Assembly (NCBI GenBank): GCA_964016885.1
Contig: OZ024741.1
Location: forward strand, 96,782,001 to 96,846,000
DNA: 64,000 bases
Source of the DNA: Eledone cirrhosa
Taxonomy: Eukaryota
Direction: 5' to 3'
In this document: piece by piece, positions 26,191-39,990 of the stretch
How positions within the stretch are numbered: position 1 is the first letter of the stretch
How the letters are laid out: every line of letters starts with the position of its first letter
Notes under the pieces: generated by a model
What the model was told of the DNA's origin: nothing
The model's database searches: none
Seen by the model: only the letters and a program-made list of their open reading frames with translations
Position numbers and translations under genes: made by a program

Positions 26191-29100
26191 ATTATAGAGT
26201 GGATATAATAAAGTTCATTTAAGTCTATGGGTCACTTTAACCGACTAATATTTCCTCCAGAATGTCTGATAAAGAAGTTAAAATGATAATGAGAATCGAA
26301 ATAACGTAAGAGATTCTTTGTTGTAAACATCTTGCTTATTATGTGCCTACATGACTGACTACAACTTTCAATATACTGTTCAACACATTTTCCTATGAAA
26401 TAACATGTGTATTAACTCTTGAAAATATCTTGGTCGACCTGGAAATGCACATTAATTGATACTAGACACATGCTAATAGAGGATTATAATAAACCATAAC
26501 AAAGTAAACAAATGGAAAAAGAACAAACGATGAAACAATGAAATAATGTTTATGAAAATAATGTAAACAGCATTAGAGATAATATATTTAACCAGCCATA
26601 ATCCATAATTCTGATTCATATCATTAGCCGCGTTAACAATTCAAAACAAAATTAAAGGCGCCCAAATGAAACTGAAACCATGTAGCTATTGCTTGGAGTG
26701 TGGTATCTCAGCCTCTGAAAGTTAGGACTGCTGATGCATGAGCTAAGCACAAAGTAGTTTGCTTTAAACATAATATGCACATAATATACTATTGAGTATC
26801 CATACTTTTCTAAGAATAAGTATTTCTATATTTTCATTGTTATTATCGTACGTAGTTTAACATTAAAAAAGGATGTGAAGAATTTGATACCGCTAAGATA
26901 ATCGTTCATCAAACAATATATATGTGGTTTGCAATGTATCTTTTTATTTATAACTCATTCTGTTACGGTAATTGTTCATATCATATATATATTATCACGG
27001 ATTTATGAAATCAGAAACAACCAATCATTACTTCGACTAAAACAGGGAAATTCGTGAATAGCCAACATTTCTCAGATTCAGGCAAAGTTTATTGAGATGA
27101 ACGTCAGTAAAATAAAGTTTCCCTCTATCTCACCGCATCAGTACTTCCAATTCGATGTTTGTTATCATCAAATTTACTATGTTTCAATTCATTTGTTTGT
27201 TTTATGCGAATGGCATCTATTAGTAATTAATCTCAATGAGTTGCGCTTTTATTTAGGAGTATGTTTGGTACCTGGTTATATAATCTATAGCCAATATCGG
27301 TTACAAAGAGTAATTTTCAAACTTAGATCAACGCAAAAATATATAGATGATATATAATGTTCGAGTTTAATGAAATTAGACAAGCGAATGGAACACTATT
27401 GCCTTCATTGCTTGCAATATTTAATTATTCATAATCTATAGCACGCATTGTTACCTCGAGTAGGACATTTGTAAGTTAAATCATTCAACTAGAGACACAC
27501 AAAATACTTTTGTCAATAGACCAAATATATCTTTTTCATTTGGTCGTCTGATACCAAACCCTTTTCATACGAGCATTGAAACCCATATATTGAATGTTAC
27601 CATATATTGGATGCAGCAAACATGTAATAAATAAGTCCCTTAAAAACCTGACAGCGAAGTAGGTAGAAAGTAACGGATCGGGCATGAGTGGAAAATAGGT
27701 AAACTAATAGGAAATTATAATTGAATATAATTGTCATATAGAATGAGATCGAAACGTCTGATAACAGATATTCAGTGGATTGGATATTACCCAACGTAAT
27801 ACTTCTAGCAATATATCGTCTACTATTATGTAAAGTAATATCAATGGCGGTAATTAATTTGACGTTATTTAAGACAATATCACTAGCGATATAATACTTA
27901 CTAAGCATTATGTCTGATGACTATATATAATTTAATAATGATTGAAACACTATCACACAGGATAAGCATATATTGATATAATATTTCAAATAATATTAGT
28001 TGTTTGGTATTTGCTATTCTTTAGGGCAACAGACGTTATGATTATATAGTTTCATCTTTCTTTTATCGTTGTACAATTTGATATTTACGAATCACTATTT
28101 GAATATATTGATTCCTCTCGACTGGGCACTAAGCCAAGCTGGAGGATTCCAATAATGGCATAGTAAATTGAATCAACCTTCATTATAATAATTCTTGGTA
28201 ATTTATGCAAAAACCATGAAGTTAGTAGGAGGAAACACTTATTTGACTGGTGCATAACATACTTGCTCATGAAGAATGACAAATAAAATTAAATTCGTTC
28301 GGATTTCAATATAAAATATCAAGGAAAGGAACTAAATAATGTAAAGCATATTGTTACTGTGTCTAAAATGTTTGCCAACTACCTGGTGTAAAAAGATATC
28401 ATTTCTAAGTTTGTTCACCTCATTGTATTAAATTTACCATTTCGAGAAATAGTTCCCGTTTAGATATTGATTTTTGCGTTTGATTATATTTGATGCTAGA
28501 TTATGATTATCCATGATTTATTACCTGGTTCAATGAAAGGAGGACGTGTATTAGTTCATAAATATAGCAAATATTGAATCTACTTCATATTGTGGGCGTT
28601 ATATTCTGTTTTGCAAGTCATTTTACTACAGAAGGCTATAGAATTTTACAATATTTTCTTTCGGATAAATATCAAAATGGTGACTAACATTCTCTATATT
28701 CAAAAAGAGTATCAGGTGTTAACATCCGATGTTTCATTCATAGCATTTTTATCTGCTTCTTTTATTCTAGTGTTTCTTTACTCGTTTTTAATGTGATGTA
28801 CTCTAACTTACCAATAACATTCATAGTAATCAGAAATGAACAAACATTGTTGTTCTGTTACGATAACTTTTATGTCATGCATATAAAAACATTATTATTT
28901 TTACAATCCCCAATATGTTTCCCTGTATTAGTTTTTTTTCTCTTCTAGAAATATCCATTATATTTGCATATATTTTGTAACCAATCACAGTATAATGGAA
29001 ATAAAAATTCTCCTTAGACCAAGCTTCTGTTAATTCCAAATATTTGTTCTGTTGCAGAGCAAGTATTATTGGTTTCAAACAACCACATCCAGCAATATAA

Positions 29101-29410
29101 TTATTGGTATCGTAATGAAATCTAGAATGCTATCTCATATAATTGCTAACATTTGGGTATTCAAAAATTCATGAGTCTTTTTGAAATTAAAGGTATTGAC
29201 ACTGTCTAATGCATAACACTATTCGGCTGAGAATTTTACAGTTATAGCTGCGTTATAAAATATAAACCAACCCAGTTGTGTATAAATGCAAATGCGTTTA
29301 CGTAGATATGTATATTGGATGTATGTCTTTGTGTGGGTAAAATGGCGGAAATTTATACGTATGTAAATATTTGTAATGTATGTATTTGTATGCATAAATG
29401 TCTAAAGATC

Positions 29411-29519
<109 letters not shown>

Positions 29520-30449
29520 ACACACGCACATACACAAATATATATATATGTATATATAACTATCTTTTAGTCTGATCGATGTTTTATGTGTGTGAACAAT
29601 GTTTACAAATATTTACATTGGTATAGACCTAACGTTACAAGTATGTACAAGTATACATATCATATATATATATATACAGACAAATCAGTAAACTTACAAG
29701 CATATACACACTCGTATATATTATAAAGATATTTCACGAAAACAAATACACATATAAATCCAATATACTTATTTATATACACGCATGTACATGTCTATAG
29801 ACTTGGAATTGTAGGTAACAGTGCAGTTGTTAGTCTATTTAAATTTCTCTTCCACTATAGTTCTGAATTCATACGGCGTTTCCGAGAAGTATGGTAGTAT
29901 ATTACAAAACAGAATGCTAGGTGTGTGAATATCAGGAAGATTTACATACACACACACACGCACACGCAATCTATCTCTATCTCTCACACACACACACTCA
30001 CACACAAACATACACATGTATATAATGTACACTATTACAAGATGAGATTCCACTTATTAGAATAGAAATATATATCACAGTATCATTCAAAATAGTGGAA
30101 ATTGTTGGAATTTCGACAATAGACTATATTTACTTTATACACATGGGTGAATATCCGCTACTTTGGTCTAGAACACATCCTACTCTACTATTACCCGACT
30201 GGGATATCCTGGTGTTCCAAAGATGCCTGTAATCTTCTTTTACCTAGAACGAGTTAAAGTCGTTGCCACTTCCTTCAGAAACATTTGCTTTAAACATAAT
30301 AAAATTGCATTATATTTTCTAAATTTGTTTTCACTAAATTTCTTTCGGTATTTCGTGCATTTATGCAAGTATCCAGGGCTGTAAATCACCTGTTTTTAGA
30401 ACATGTATTTTTATATCATTCTCCATGCCTAGATGATTACTTCACCCTT

Positions 30450-31030
30450 CCTCCGTTTGTGTTTGTTCTCGTCATTTTGTCTCTCTTGATGAGCACTCTC
30501 CTTTTTAATTTCCTATGAATATCACTGTTGGGAGGGACATTGAGTCACAGGACATCACCTAAGATCGAGAAAAATCGAAACCATCCGTTAATTGCGAGGC
30601 TTCAGAAGAAGAGTCTACGGATTCTGCTGCTGCTGTTGCCGTCATATTGCGTTGTACAAAACTCGGAATAGAAAACCTCCACGTGACTCTTGCTTCCACA
30701 AGCATATTAACCGGGCACTCAATAATGTACTGTTGTTTTACCCATCATGCCTATAACGGAACATAGCACTGGAATGGTCTTGAACTTTGGAGAAATCATA
30801 AAGACTTGCTCACCAGCTGTGACGTCTCCAGTAAAGATGTCTTTCGTAACGTTTAGGTAAAGACATGTTACTGGTTGATATTGCTATTTCCTGGCACATT
30901 TTTGTTGCTCTAGCTGATATAATGAGATATCATTCAGTGAAGCATTAGTTGTGTCTGCCGTTCCAACATAGCCAAACAAATCAGCTGTAGCTCATCATAT
31001 TTGTCAGCTTTACCTTGTTTAGTGAATATT
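30450..31030 (-). pseudogene. Possible decayed pogo/Tigger transposase remnant
   Basis: Minus strand ..NGWFRFF (30570-30590) resembles the CENP-B-type HTH motif F-x-AS-x-GWFxRF. Otherwise very degraded. Confidence 0.25.
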
Positions 31031-32213
31031 TTCAGGGATTTGTTTAATTGCTATTTAGCGAGTATATTAATACCTACTTCGCATTTAGCCCAGCTTATAT
31101 ACTCCGCACTTTTCATGTTACACTCACGAGCCCATTTTCGTTTTGTTATGTAGTGTTACTATACTTGTTCTTATTTCTTGGGCTTTATAATTATTTAAAA
31201 CACACTATTCGAAGTAAAATGTAAAAACCTTTCTTGTGGATGCATGAGAATATTACGGTTATCGTAGTGGGAATAGTTGCTATTATGGCCAAGCAAGGTA
31301 TCCAACTAATATATGGAGTAAAAAAAAAGTCTGCAATTTTTCCTCAAAATCTATGTCTCCGACCAATACATTTGTATTTATTTTCCTTTTGAATCCCTGT
31401 GTCAACACGCTGCATATTACATCAGATAATCACAGGTCGATCAGATACCACAGGTCGATCTGAAAATGTGCAGAAAATGCAATCAATTAAAATATAATTT
31501 CATTCTGCCAATATAGTAACTTAAAATAGACAATTCTCCTAATTACATCAAACGTAATAATGTCCAAACTTGCAGAGCACACGTCTGACAAAAACGGAAG
31601 AAAGTAATCAAATATCAATATTGATATTATCTTAATCCTCTTCTTCATTATCATTATCATCACCACTGATTTTATAGAATGGTTTACAACATTTTCTATG
31701 AAGCCATAAGCAGAAAATAAATACAAAACTAGATTATTATAACATCTCTCTGTACCTGTGGGCGCAATGGGGTGTTGCGATATTTTGGCAGACACAGAAC
31801 CTTTGTTCTGTTTTAGACAAATAGAAATACGAATAATCAATATAATTCTGATATTTTGCTCTTTCAAGACAATAGCTGAAGAGAGAAAGAAATCGAGCGA
31901 ATTAACGAGAAGGAGAGTGAGAGAGGTTTGATGTGGTCTTTGTCGTTACTGCTATTATGAATTTCTGATGGTGTTTTATTGGTTTTTGTATTCGGCAAAG
32001 AACTCCCTTTATAATATCGTGATGGTCATTGTAGTTTTATAAATGCTTTGTTATTCCACTTCATGTATATTTTTCTATCATATTCTAGCAATAAGTATTT
32101 TACGATGAGACTATCTACTGTTGTTGTTATTGTTCTTGTTGTTATGGTTATTGATGTTGTTTTTGTTGATGCTGTTATTGTTGCTTTTGCTGATGTTGCT
32201 GTCTGTTGTCGAT

Positions 32214-32267
32214 CTTCTTCTTCTTCTTCTTCTTCTTCTTCTTCTTCTTCTTCTTCTTCTTCTTCTT
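32214..32267. repeat. (TTC)n microsatellite
   Basis: Direct reading. Confidence 0.95.
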
Positions 32268-33179
32268 TGAGAATTATCTTCAGAACGAAGTACAGCAGTG
32301 CAATCGCCATTCATTAAGGCAAACATATTGAGGATTTAAGCAACATATAGGACTCTCACATTCAAAACCACGTCTTTATATATTCCCTATCTGGATTATA
32401 AATATTTTCATTATAAAGAATCTTTAGAGCCATGAACTAACTGTTTAGTTGAGACCCATTACGTTTTGAGCCAACCCCTTGATATTCATCATTCAGATAT
32501 CGGCATATTTATGGTCTAGTCAAGTAAGGAGACCACCAAATCTACTTTTGCGTATTTTCAATTTCTATTTTGGCTCTTCATAAACCACATTTCAGAGTGT
32601 CCCTATCTGTGTGTGTGTTTGTGCGCGCACACGCGTGAATGTGTGTGTGTTATATGTATGTTGTTATTGTTGCACTAATGAAGTAATAGTAGTCGGATAT
32701 TAGTCCATATTTAAGTAATATGATAAACATCTTAAGGATGTTATCCCTAAATGTATGATCGTTGTTGTAAAGAACATGGACCTATTAAATCACTAGGAAA
32801 ATGCTGGAACAACACCACGTAAAGTTATAATTAACTGGGTATCTTATAATCATATAATTAACTGGGTGTCCATCAATGTACCCAATGTTAATTGAAAGAA
32901 GAAGAAGAAGAAGAAGAAGAAGAATCTCTTATTTGCATGTATCAATTTCCTAGTATAATTTCACATTCAATGTTAAATGTATGGAAATGTTTGAGTGAGG
33001 TATTACTTTTCAAGAGCAGTTTATGAATTGTAATTAGAAATCTGATTATATTTCCTTTTGGATTGTGTTAGTACAAATCTGCCACCGTTGCTGTCAATAA
33101 TCTGGATTACGACGTATTATATATCTAATCATAAAATGATTCCAAATATTTAGTAACTGCTATTAATGTAAATGTGTGG

Positions 33180-33330
33180 CGAGGGGAGTGGAAAAGTCAT
33201 TTAGCATCACCTCATTAAATGACTGCTACATTATACTATCAACCTAGGAAAGATTAAATGCAATATTGATCTTAGTGTTATTTAAAATCAGAATGTAAAG
33301 AACCGAAACTTAAACATCGTGATGCATTTA
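33180..33330 (-). mobile_element. Highly diverged SINE copy
   Basis: TATCAACCTAGGAAAGATTAAATGCAA...ATTTAAAATCAGAATGTAAAG resembles the SINE core. Confidence 0.45.
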
Positions 33331-33705
33331 ATCCTACTAATATCACCTCTAAGGCTACCAAATTACAAAAATATATTGCTTATCAAATATACAATCATAC
33401 CATTCATTTACCCCTCATTTCCTTAGTTAAGCTTCAAATGCTGCTGGCGACTAATTTAAATTACGATTTTTAGTTCGCGAAAGAAAAGATATGAAACCTT
33501 ATTTTAATTGTCTCATTAATTAATTAATATCCTACATAAATATGAAAACTAGCGTCAGCATTTCCTGTCGCCAAGAAGTTAAACATTACATATATGAAAA
33601 TATATAAAACAATAGAGCAAATATTAAATAAAATAACAAATTAAAGTTTAAGCAAAGAATCGCTGCTTTCATCCTTTAACGGGTATATAAAGATTTAGTA
33701 TATAT

Positions 33706-34278
33706 ACCAACATATATATACAGATGCATACCTATGCAATCAAATATATAGGTTTTGTCTTAGTAACTTTGTGGAAAAAAGCAAGCGTGGACTAAATTCC
33801 AAGACATTGAAAAAATCACTGCCTACTTGGTCGGTGGCAAATTCAAAAGAATCAATCACGTGACATCGAGGTTAATCAGTGAGGAGTGAGGTGTAAAAAA
33901 GACAGTAGCCAAGCTGTTACTATGAACTATAGTATTAAATTTGGCAAATTTTTGCTCAACAAAATAATTTGGAGATAATTATAAAGAAAGAGTATATCTA
34001 CCAACATATATATACAGATGCATACCTATGCAAGCAAATATATAGGTTTTGTCTTAGTAACTTTGTGGTTCAATCCAAGGGGATGCAGAACAATTATATG
34101 AAAGACGTAAAATAAGAACATTATAAAAATTAACTTACTTACTTAAAATTTCACTCCAACTAATTAGTTTCTGAAAGGGAATAAACATGGTTTCCAAATG
34201 GAAAACAAGCACTAATTAGTTGGAGTGAAATTTTAGTAAGTTAATTTTTATAATTTTCTTATTTTAGGTCTTTCATAT
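33706..34278. mobile_element. Relative of the 2.4-2.83 kb element: minus-sense partial tandem plus fold-back (34096-34278)
   Basis: A ~68-bp direct repeat CCAACATATATATACAGATGCATACC... occurs at ~33707 and ~34001. The inverted repeat 34096-34278 contains the ACTAATTAGTTGGAGTG HHR 3' half. Confidence 0.65.
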
Positions 34279-34345
34279 ATATATATATGTATATATATGT
34301 GTATATATATATATTTATATATATGTGTATATATATATATTTATA

Positions 34346-34411
<66 letters not shown>

Positions 34412-34683
34412 TATAGAGAGAGAGAGAGATATAGAGAGAGAGAGATATATATGTATATATATGTGTATATATATGTATATATATATATATATGTATATAT
34501 AGATATATGTGTATATATATATATATATAGATATATGTGTATATATATATATATATAGATATATGTGTATATATATATATATATAGATATATGTATATAT
34601 ATGTATATATAGATATATGTATATATATGTATATATAGATATATGTATATGTATATATATATGTATATATATATATATATATA
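34279..34683. repeat. (TA)n/(GA)n compound microsatellite
   Basis: Direct reading. Confidence 0.9.
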
Positions 34684-34997
34684 TAGAAAAGATGAATATA
34701 AAATGAAAGTGCTTTTTATAAAAAAGGAATTTATTAGGTATTGACATATGTTTCTGTAACAGACGGAATAACATTATATGATTACGCAAGCAGCGATACA
34801 TAGGTACTCCGTCTTTTACAGAAACATATGTCAATACTTAATAAATTCCTTTTTTAAAAAAAGCACTTTCATTTTATATTCATCTTTTCTACATTTTCTC
34901 CGGTTTATACTCGTTGAGCAAACCTACACGTACGCTGTTCATCTCTAACGTGACGATATATTATCACTAAATTATTGATAACCTGAAATTTTTATCT
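34684..34997. mobile_element. Fold-back mini-element: ~85-bp arms (34684-34891) plus ~105-bp tail
   Basis: Arms are reverse complements and contain GAAAC-ATAT-GTC (HHR 3' half with palindromic helix III). (TA)n on both sides. Confidence 0.7.
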
Positions 34998-35104
34998 ATA
35001 TATATATGTATATATATATATGATATATGTATATATATATATATATGTATATAAGTATTATGTATACGTACATACATATATGTATACAGACGTACAGTAG
35101 CATG

Positions 35105-35136
<32 letters not shown>

Positions 35137-35345
35137 TACAGGCACACATATATATGTACGTATCAGTTCAACCATCTGGCAGAAGGGTATACTGTGCTGA
35201 CGATAGCTAACAAGCTTGAAACTAGTACATCGCTCCTGTGTCAGTGTTGAACAAAAAGGTGACGTGGTTGCCTTAACACCGTACGGCATAAATCAGGCTG
35301 TCCGTTTGTTTACAAACGAACAAAGCGAACATTATAATAAATGTT

Positions 35346-35526
35346 TCTACTTTTTTGCACAAGGCCAGCAATTACCCAGTGCATTACTGGTACTTTATTT
35401 TATCGACCCCGTAAGGATGAAAGGCAAAGTCAACCTCAGCGGGATTTGAACTCAGATCGTTAAGGGACGTAACTATGCTGGAAAGCATGGCATCCGACCC
35501 TCTACCGATACTGCCAATCCACCGCC
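35346..35526 (-). mobile_element. Full-length SINE with 13-bp TSD, inserted in the HHR repeat
   Basis: TSD TATAATAAATGTT at 35333-35345 and 35527-35539. The empty site is visible in the next monomer (~36024-36037). Confidence 0.92.
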
Positions 35527-35576
35527 TATAATAAATGTTCGCTAAACTGATACGTACATATATATATGTGTGCCTG

Positions 35577-35649
<73 letters not shown>

Positions 35650-35883
35650 GCTACTGTACATCTGTATACATATATGTATGTACGTATACATACATACTTA
35701 CATTTAAGTAAGTGCCGTATAAGAGTGAGAAATGAAATTTTATTTCATTCTATTCCATTTTATCGTTTTGGGTGCGCCTGGCCGACTGAACTCACTCGAT
35801 ATGCAAATTAGGCTGCTCAGCCGTTAATTTTCATAAGGAAAGTATATACTTTCGAACGTTCCACCATCTGGCAGAAGGGTATA

Positions 35884-35924
35884 CGGTGCTGACGATAGCT
35901 AACAAGCTTGAAACTAGTACATCG
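35884..35924 (+). ncRNA. Minimal type I hammerhead ribozyme motif (also 35192-35232, 36356-36396)
   Basis: CGGTG-CTGACGA-T-AGCT-AACA-AGCT-T-GAAAC-TA-GTA-CATCG; palindromic ACTAGT helix III. Confidence 0.8.
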
Positions 35925-36076
35925 TTCTTGTGTCAGTGTCGAACAAAAAGGTGACCTGGTTGCCTTAACACCGTACGGCATAAATCAGGCTGTCCGTTTG
36001 TTTACAAACGAACAAAGCGAACATTATAATAAATGTTCGCTAAACTGATACGTACATATATATATATGTGTGCCTG

Positions 36077-36121
<45 letters not shown>

Positions 36122-36547
36122 GCTACTGTACGTCTGTATACATATATGTATGTACGTATACATACATACTTACATTTAAGTAAGTGCCGTATAAGAGTGA
36201 GAAATGAAATTTAATTTCATTCTATTCCATTTTATCGTTTTCGGTGCGCCTGGCCGACTGAACTCACTCGATATGCAAATTAAGCTGCTCAGCCGTTAAC
36301 TTTCATAAGGAAAGTATATACTTTCGAACGTTCAACCATCTGGCAGAAGGGTATACGGTGCTGACGATAGCTAACAAGCTTGAAACTAGTACATCGCTCC
36401 TGTGTCAGTGTTGAACAAAAAGGTGACGTGGTTGCCTTAACACCGTACGGCATAAATTCAGGCTGTCCGTTTGTTTACAAACGAACAAAGCGAACATTAA
36501 AATAAATGTTCACTAAACTGATACGTACATATATATATGTGTGCCTG

Positions 36548-36582
<35 letters not shown>

Positions 36583-38908
36583 GCTACTGTACGTCTGTAT
36601 ACATATATGTATGTACGTATACATATATACTTACATTTAAGTAAGTGCCGTACTAAGAGTGAGAAATGAAATTTCATTTCATTCTATTCCATTTTATATG
36701 TATATATATATATATATACAGAGAGAGAGAAAGAGAGAGAGAGATGATAGGAAAATATAATAATACATTTAGGATGATCCGGTATTCTGTTTCTCTAGTG
36801 ATTCCTCAGTGTAAAAACGGCTGGTAACACCAGAAAGAAGCTGGATTTACCATGTGTCCCAATTCTATATGCATTAATTCTTGTGCCTGCATGTTTTCGT
36901 GAATAACCAATTTTTTTCTTACGTGATTGTGTTGTTTAGCTTCAGTACATCTTTGCCAAAATTTTGTATCTCTCCATTCAGTAATGTAATATTAATTTAT
37001 TTATTAACGTTAAACGTTAGATCGATAGGAAGAGATTACGGATAGATAAAGAAAAGAAATGGAATTCTATCCGAAAGCAATATAAGACTCGCAACTCAAT
37101 CACCGGCACATAAAATATTGAACTTTTATGAATATTTTTTAATTTATAAAATTGCATAAAAAAAATCAATCCCTTTATAATTTAAAGAGGCACAATGTTG
37201 TTTGATTCATGATTTTATTTCGTTTTAAGTTGTTATATTCAGATTTCCTCTTTCATCTTCATATTTAGAATTCATTCATTATTTGTTTTAGCTTTTTCTT
37301 TTTTTATCCATGTAAAATAATTATCCATAAAGTCAATTGCCGCGCTTATGTCGGATTATTTAAGAATAATAGAATTGTTGTTTTCCAATCTCTATAGGAT
37401 TTCATCCCTCCCTTTCGGACGTTTGTTTCTGTTTATGCGCACCAATGAGAAATGAAAAATGGTGTCAATATAACTATCTACATGTTCATCTCATTGTCAT
37501 TCTTTTTGTTGAAAAACGTTTTTAGTTCGATCATATTGGAACGTGAGTAAAATCGAAACACTTCAACCATAAGTTTTATTCTTGTTTAGTGATCCTGACG
37601 GATCTGCTGCTCTGTTTTAATATGTTTTAAATGAATTTACACTAGTACGTCCTCGTCCTTTTTATTTAGGACGTCTTCTGTCATTTTATGGGTTCCTAAT
37701 TTTGTCTACTACTTCCTCCTACTCTTTCATGTGTGCTGGTACATCCAGAATATTCTGTATTGATGAATGCATGCCATGGGTATGTTGTAGGAGCTCTTTT
37801 ATTTGTGCTGCATTCTCTACGTTGTATACGAACCAATCCCTCGCCTTATACCACGCATTTAATTCTATTTAAAACGATATCTTCAGTGTTGTTGGTTGTG
37901 GATGTGCTACGTTCTGATTTTCTATTTTGGTCCCACATTCAATTTGATTTGATTTTACCATAGCATGTCTTAAAAGATATCTGTTCATCTTCCAGGTCAA
38001 AGTATCATTGTTTTGTATTATATGTCACGCTCTAAGTATAGCAATACAATCGGCATCCACAAAGCTATAATGGCAATTGCTGTGATATGATATTCTCAAT
38101 ATATTAGTAAAAATAGATATTAATTGAAAGATTCTTTAGCTAGAGAGAAATATGTAACAAGTCATCAGGTAGTGATACTTGCGATATATATGCATCATTT
38201 ATTTGTGTTTATCTATTTCATGTGAATCATGGTATCGTTCTTTTTTGAAGCCTGAACGTTGTTGGTATCTACATGCTATCATTAACACGTGTAGTAAATG
38301 AATAGAATTCATTTAATTTATTTTATCAAACGATGATTTCCTTCTTACGTAAGAATTGGGTATTTACAAACATGTGAAAAGGCATGCCAATAGAGAGTAA
38401 ATTGAAAAGCGTAATTTTGTGATTTTCTTATTACAGCAGATGAGTTGATGAAAATGTCAGTATATATTGTTAAAATTAGCATACTCGAGCGAAATTACTA
38501 TTATATGATCCAGCACACTACTAACAGTTAGTTAACATAGCAGTGATTTGCAACATGCATCGTTAATCTTTCTAAGAGAAGCGCGAATGAATCTAACATC
38601 AATAGCAGGTATAAATGCACAGCTGAAAGTTACAAAGGAGGAACATCAAATTAGATGCTTCTGATGTGTTTAAAACTACATGCGGACACATTAGTTGATT
38701 GAAAAGAAGACTATGCGAAGAATGGATATATGTAATCATTGCTTTTACGTATTTTGCTGTAATCCAGTTTGTAGAATTAACGAATATCTAAAAGAAGTGT
38801 TACCAAAAACACCCTTAACCATAGAATTTCATTCATATTACTTCCATGCAAAAATAACTACGCGCACACCCATGAAATCATAAATATACATACATGTATA
38901 CACAGGAA

Positions 38909-38939
<31 letters not shown>

Positions 38940-38953
38940 GATATATATTAGCA

Positions 38954-39157
38954 TATATTTTCACTAGCTCTGACAGTTTGGCAGGTGAACAGTGAGCTGT
39001 CCTGATGAAACATTAGTGTCTGCAGTTCTGTTCGCATGCCAACACAAGAGCAAGAATGAAGTGTTCATTCTACTGACATGGCTATAAAATTGAGGCTTCT
39101 TTGCCTAATTGCAAACGAATCGAATGTTACTATTAATATACGAAAAACTCAGATTAC

Positions 39158-39160
<3 letters not shown>
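38954..39160 (+). mobile_element. pLTR-like repeat, copy of 61772-62000, with HHR helix II deleted
   Basis: ATATTTTCACTAGCTCTGACAGTT..GGTGAACAGTG is shared. Reads CTGATGAAACATTAGTGTC, without the GGGTATTACCC stem. Confidence 0.7.
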
Positions 39161-39193
<33 letters not shown>

Positions 39194-39199
39194 ACTTCA

Positions 39200-39990
39200 T
39201 ACACTATTCCCAATTTCTCCGTCTTCGTCGGCTCTGTAGCCAGGGCCACACTTTCGAAACCCATTCCCTTCACATGCTTCCCGCTTCATCCAGCGTGGAT
39301 ATCCTCCCACCCTGATTCAAGCTGCTCTGACCCGCACCATTGCAACCGACCGTACCACGCCCCTCTCACCTCACCAGCGCCCTCCCAATACCCGCCTTAC
39401 TTACCCTTTTACCTACCTCCCCATCATTTTACCACTCGGGGGACATATCCTCCGTTCCTTCCTCACACTCTCTTCTAACCCAGTCACTTCTCATTTTGTT
39501 CCGAACCCATCTATTACTGCATTTAAGCGTGCCCGTTTTTTCCGCGGCCATCTGGTACGTAGTTCCTTCTCGTCCTCTCCTACGACTCCACCCGGCTCTT
39601 ATCGTTATTCTCGTCTCCGCTGTAACACCTGTCCTTTCATTTTCACCATCATCCCTCTCACAGGTCCCAACGGCTCATTCCACCACTCCTTCACCTGCAC
39701 CTTCACCCACATTGTCTACACCCTTCGTTATTCCCTTTGCAGGTCCTTATATATCGGAGAAACGGGACGCCGTTTGGCGGAGCGTTTTGCTGAACATTTG
39801 TGGGACATACGACTCGGTTTCAATACTACCGTCGCCCGTTATTTCCGTTCTCCTGGCCAATCTTCCCTACATGTCTCAGTGCTGGGTGTCCTTTTACGGA
39901 TCACAGGACTCGCGGATCAGGACTGAACAAAGTATGATTTACCGCCTTGGGTCCTGTTTACCTCATGGACTCAACTCCCAATTTCTTTGG
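39200..39990 (+). pseudogene. Penelope-like (Neptune-type) remnant: RT thumb, Cys linker and GIY-YIG endonuclease
   Basis: YSQFLRLRRLCS (~39204). In a frame absent from the ORF track: LVRSS...RCNTCPFI...FTCT..IVY......C..LYIGETGRRLAERFAEHL (YIG at 39750-39758). Then, after a frameshift, EQSMIYRLGSCLPHGLN. Confidence 0.85.

Larger units (their letters stand above)
35061..36695 (+). repeat. ~470-bp tandem units (about 3) with a hammerhead and an internal (TA)n, preceded by an inverted segment (35061-35167)
   Basis: CCATCTGGCAGAAGGGTATAC..TGCTGACGATAGC recurs at ~35172, ~35864 and ~36336. The period between the last two is 472. The first copy is interrupted by a SINE. Confidence 0.9.

Noticed and set aside
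32026-32326. Poly-Glu, poly-Ser or poly-Arg ORFs
   Set aside because: These come from (TTC)n and (GTT)n-like simple repeats.
35420-35526. tRNA gene (A/B-box-like motifs)
   Set aside because: This is the head of a multicopy SINE with TSDs; no cloverleaf.
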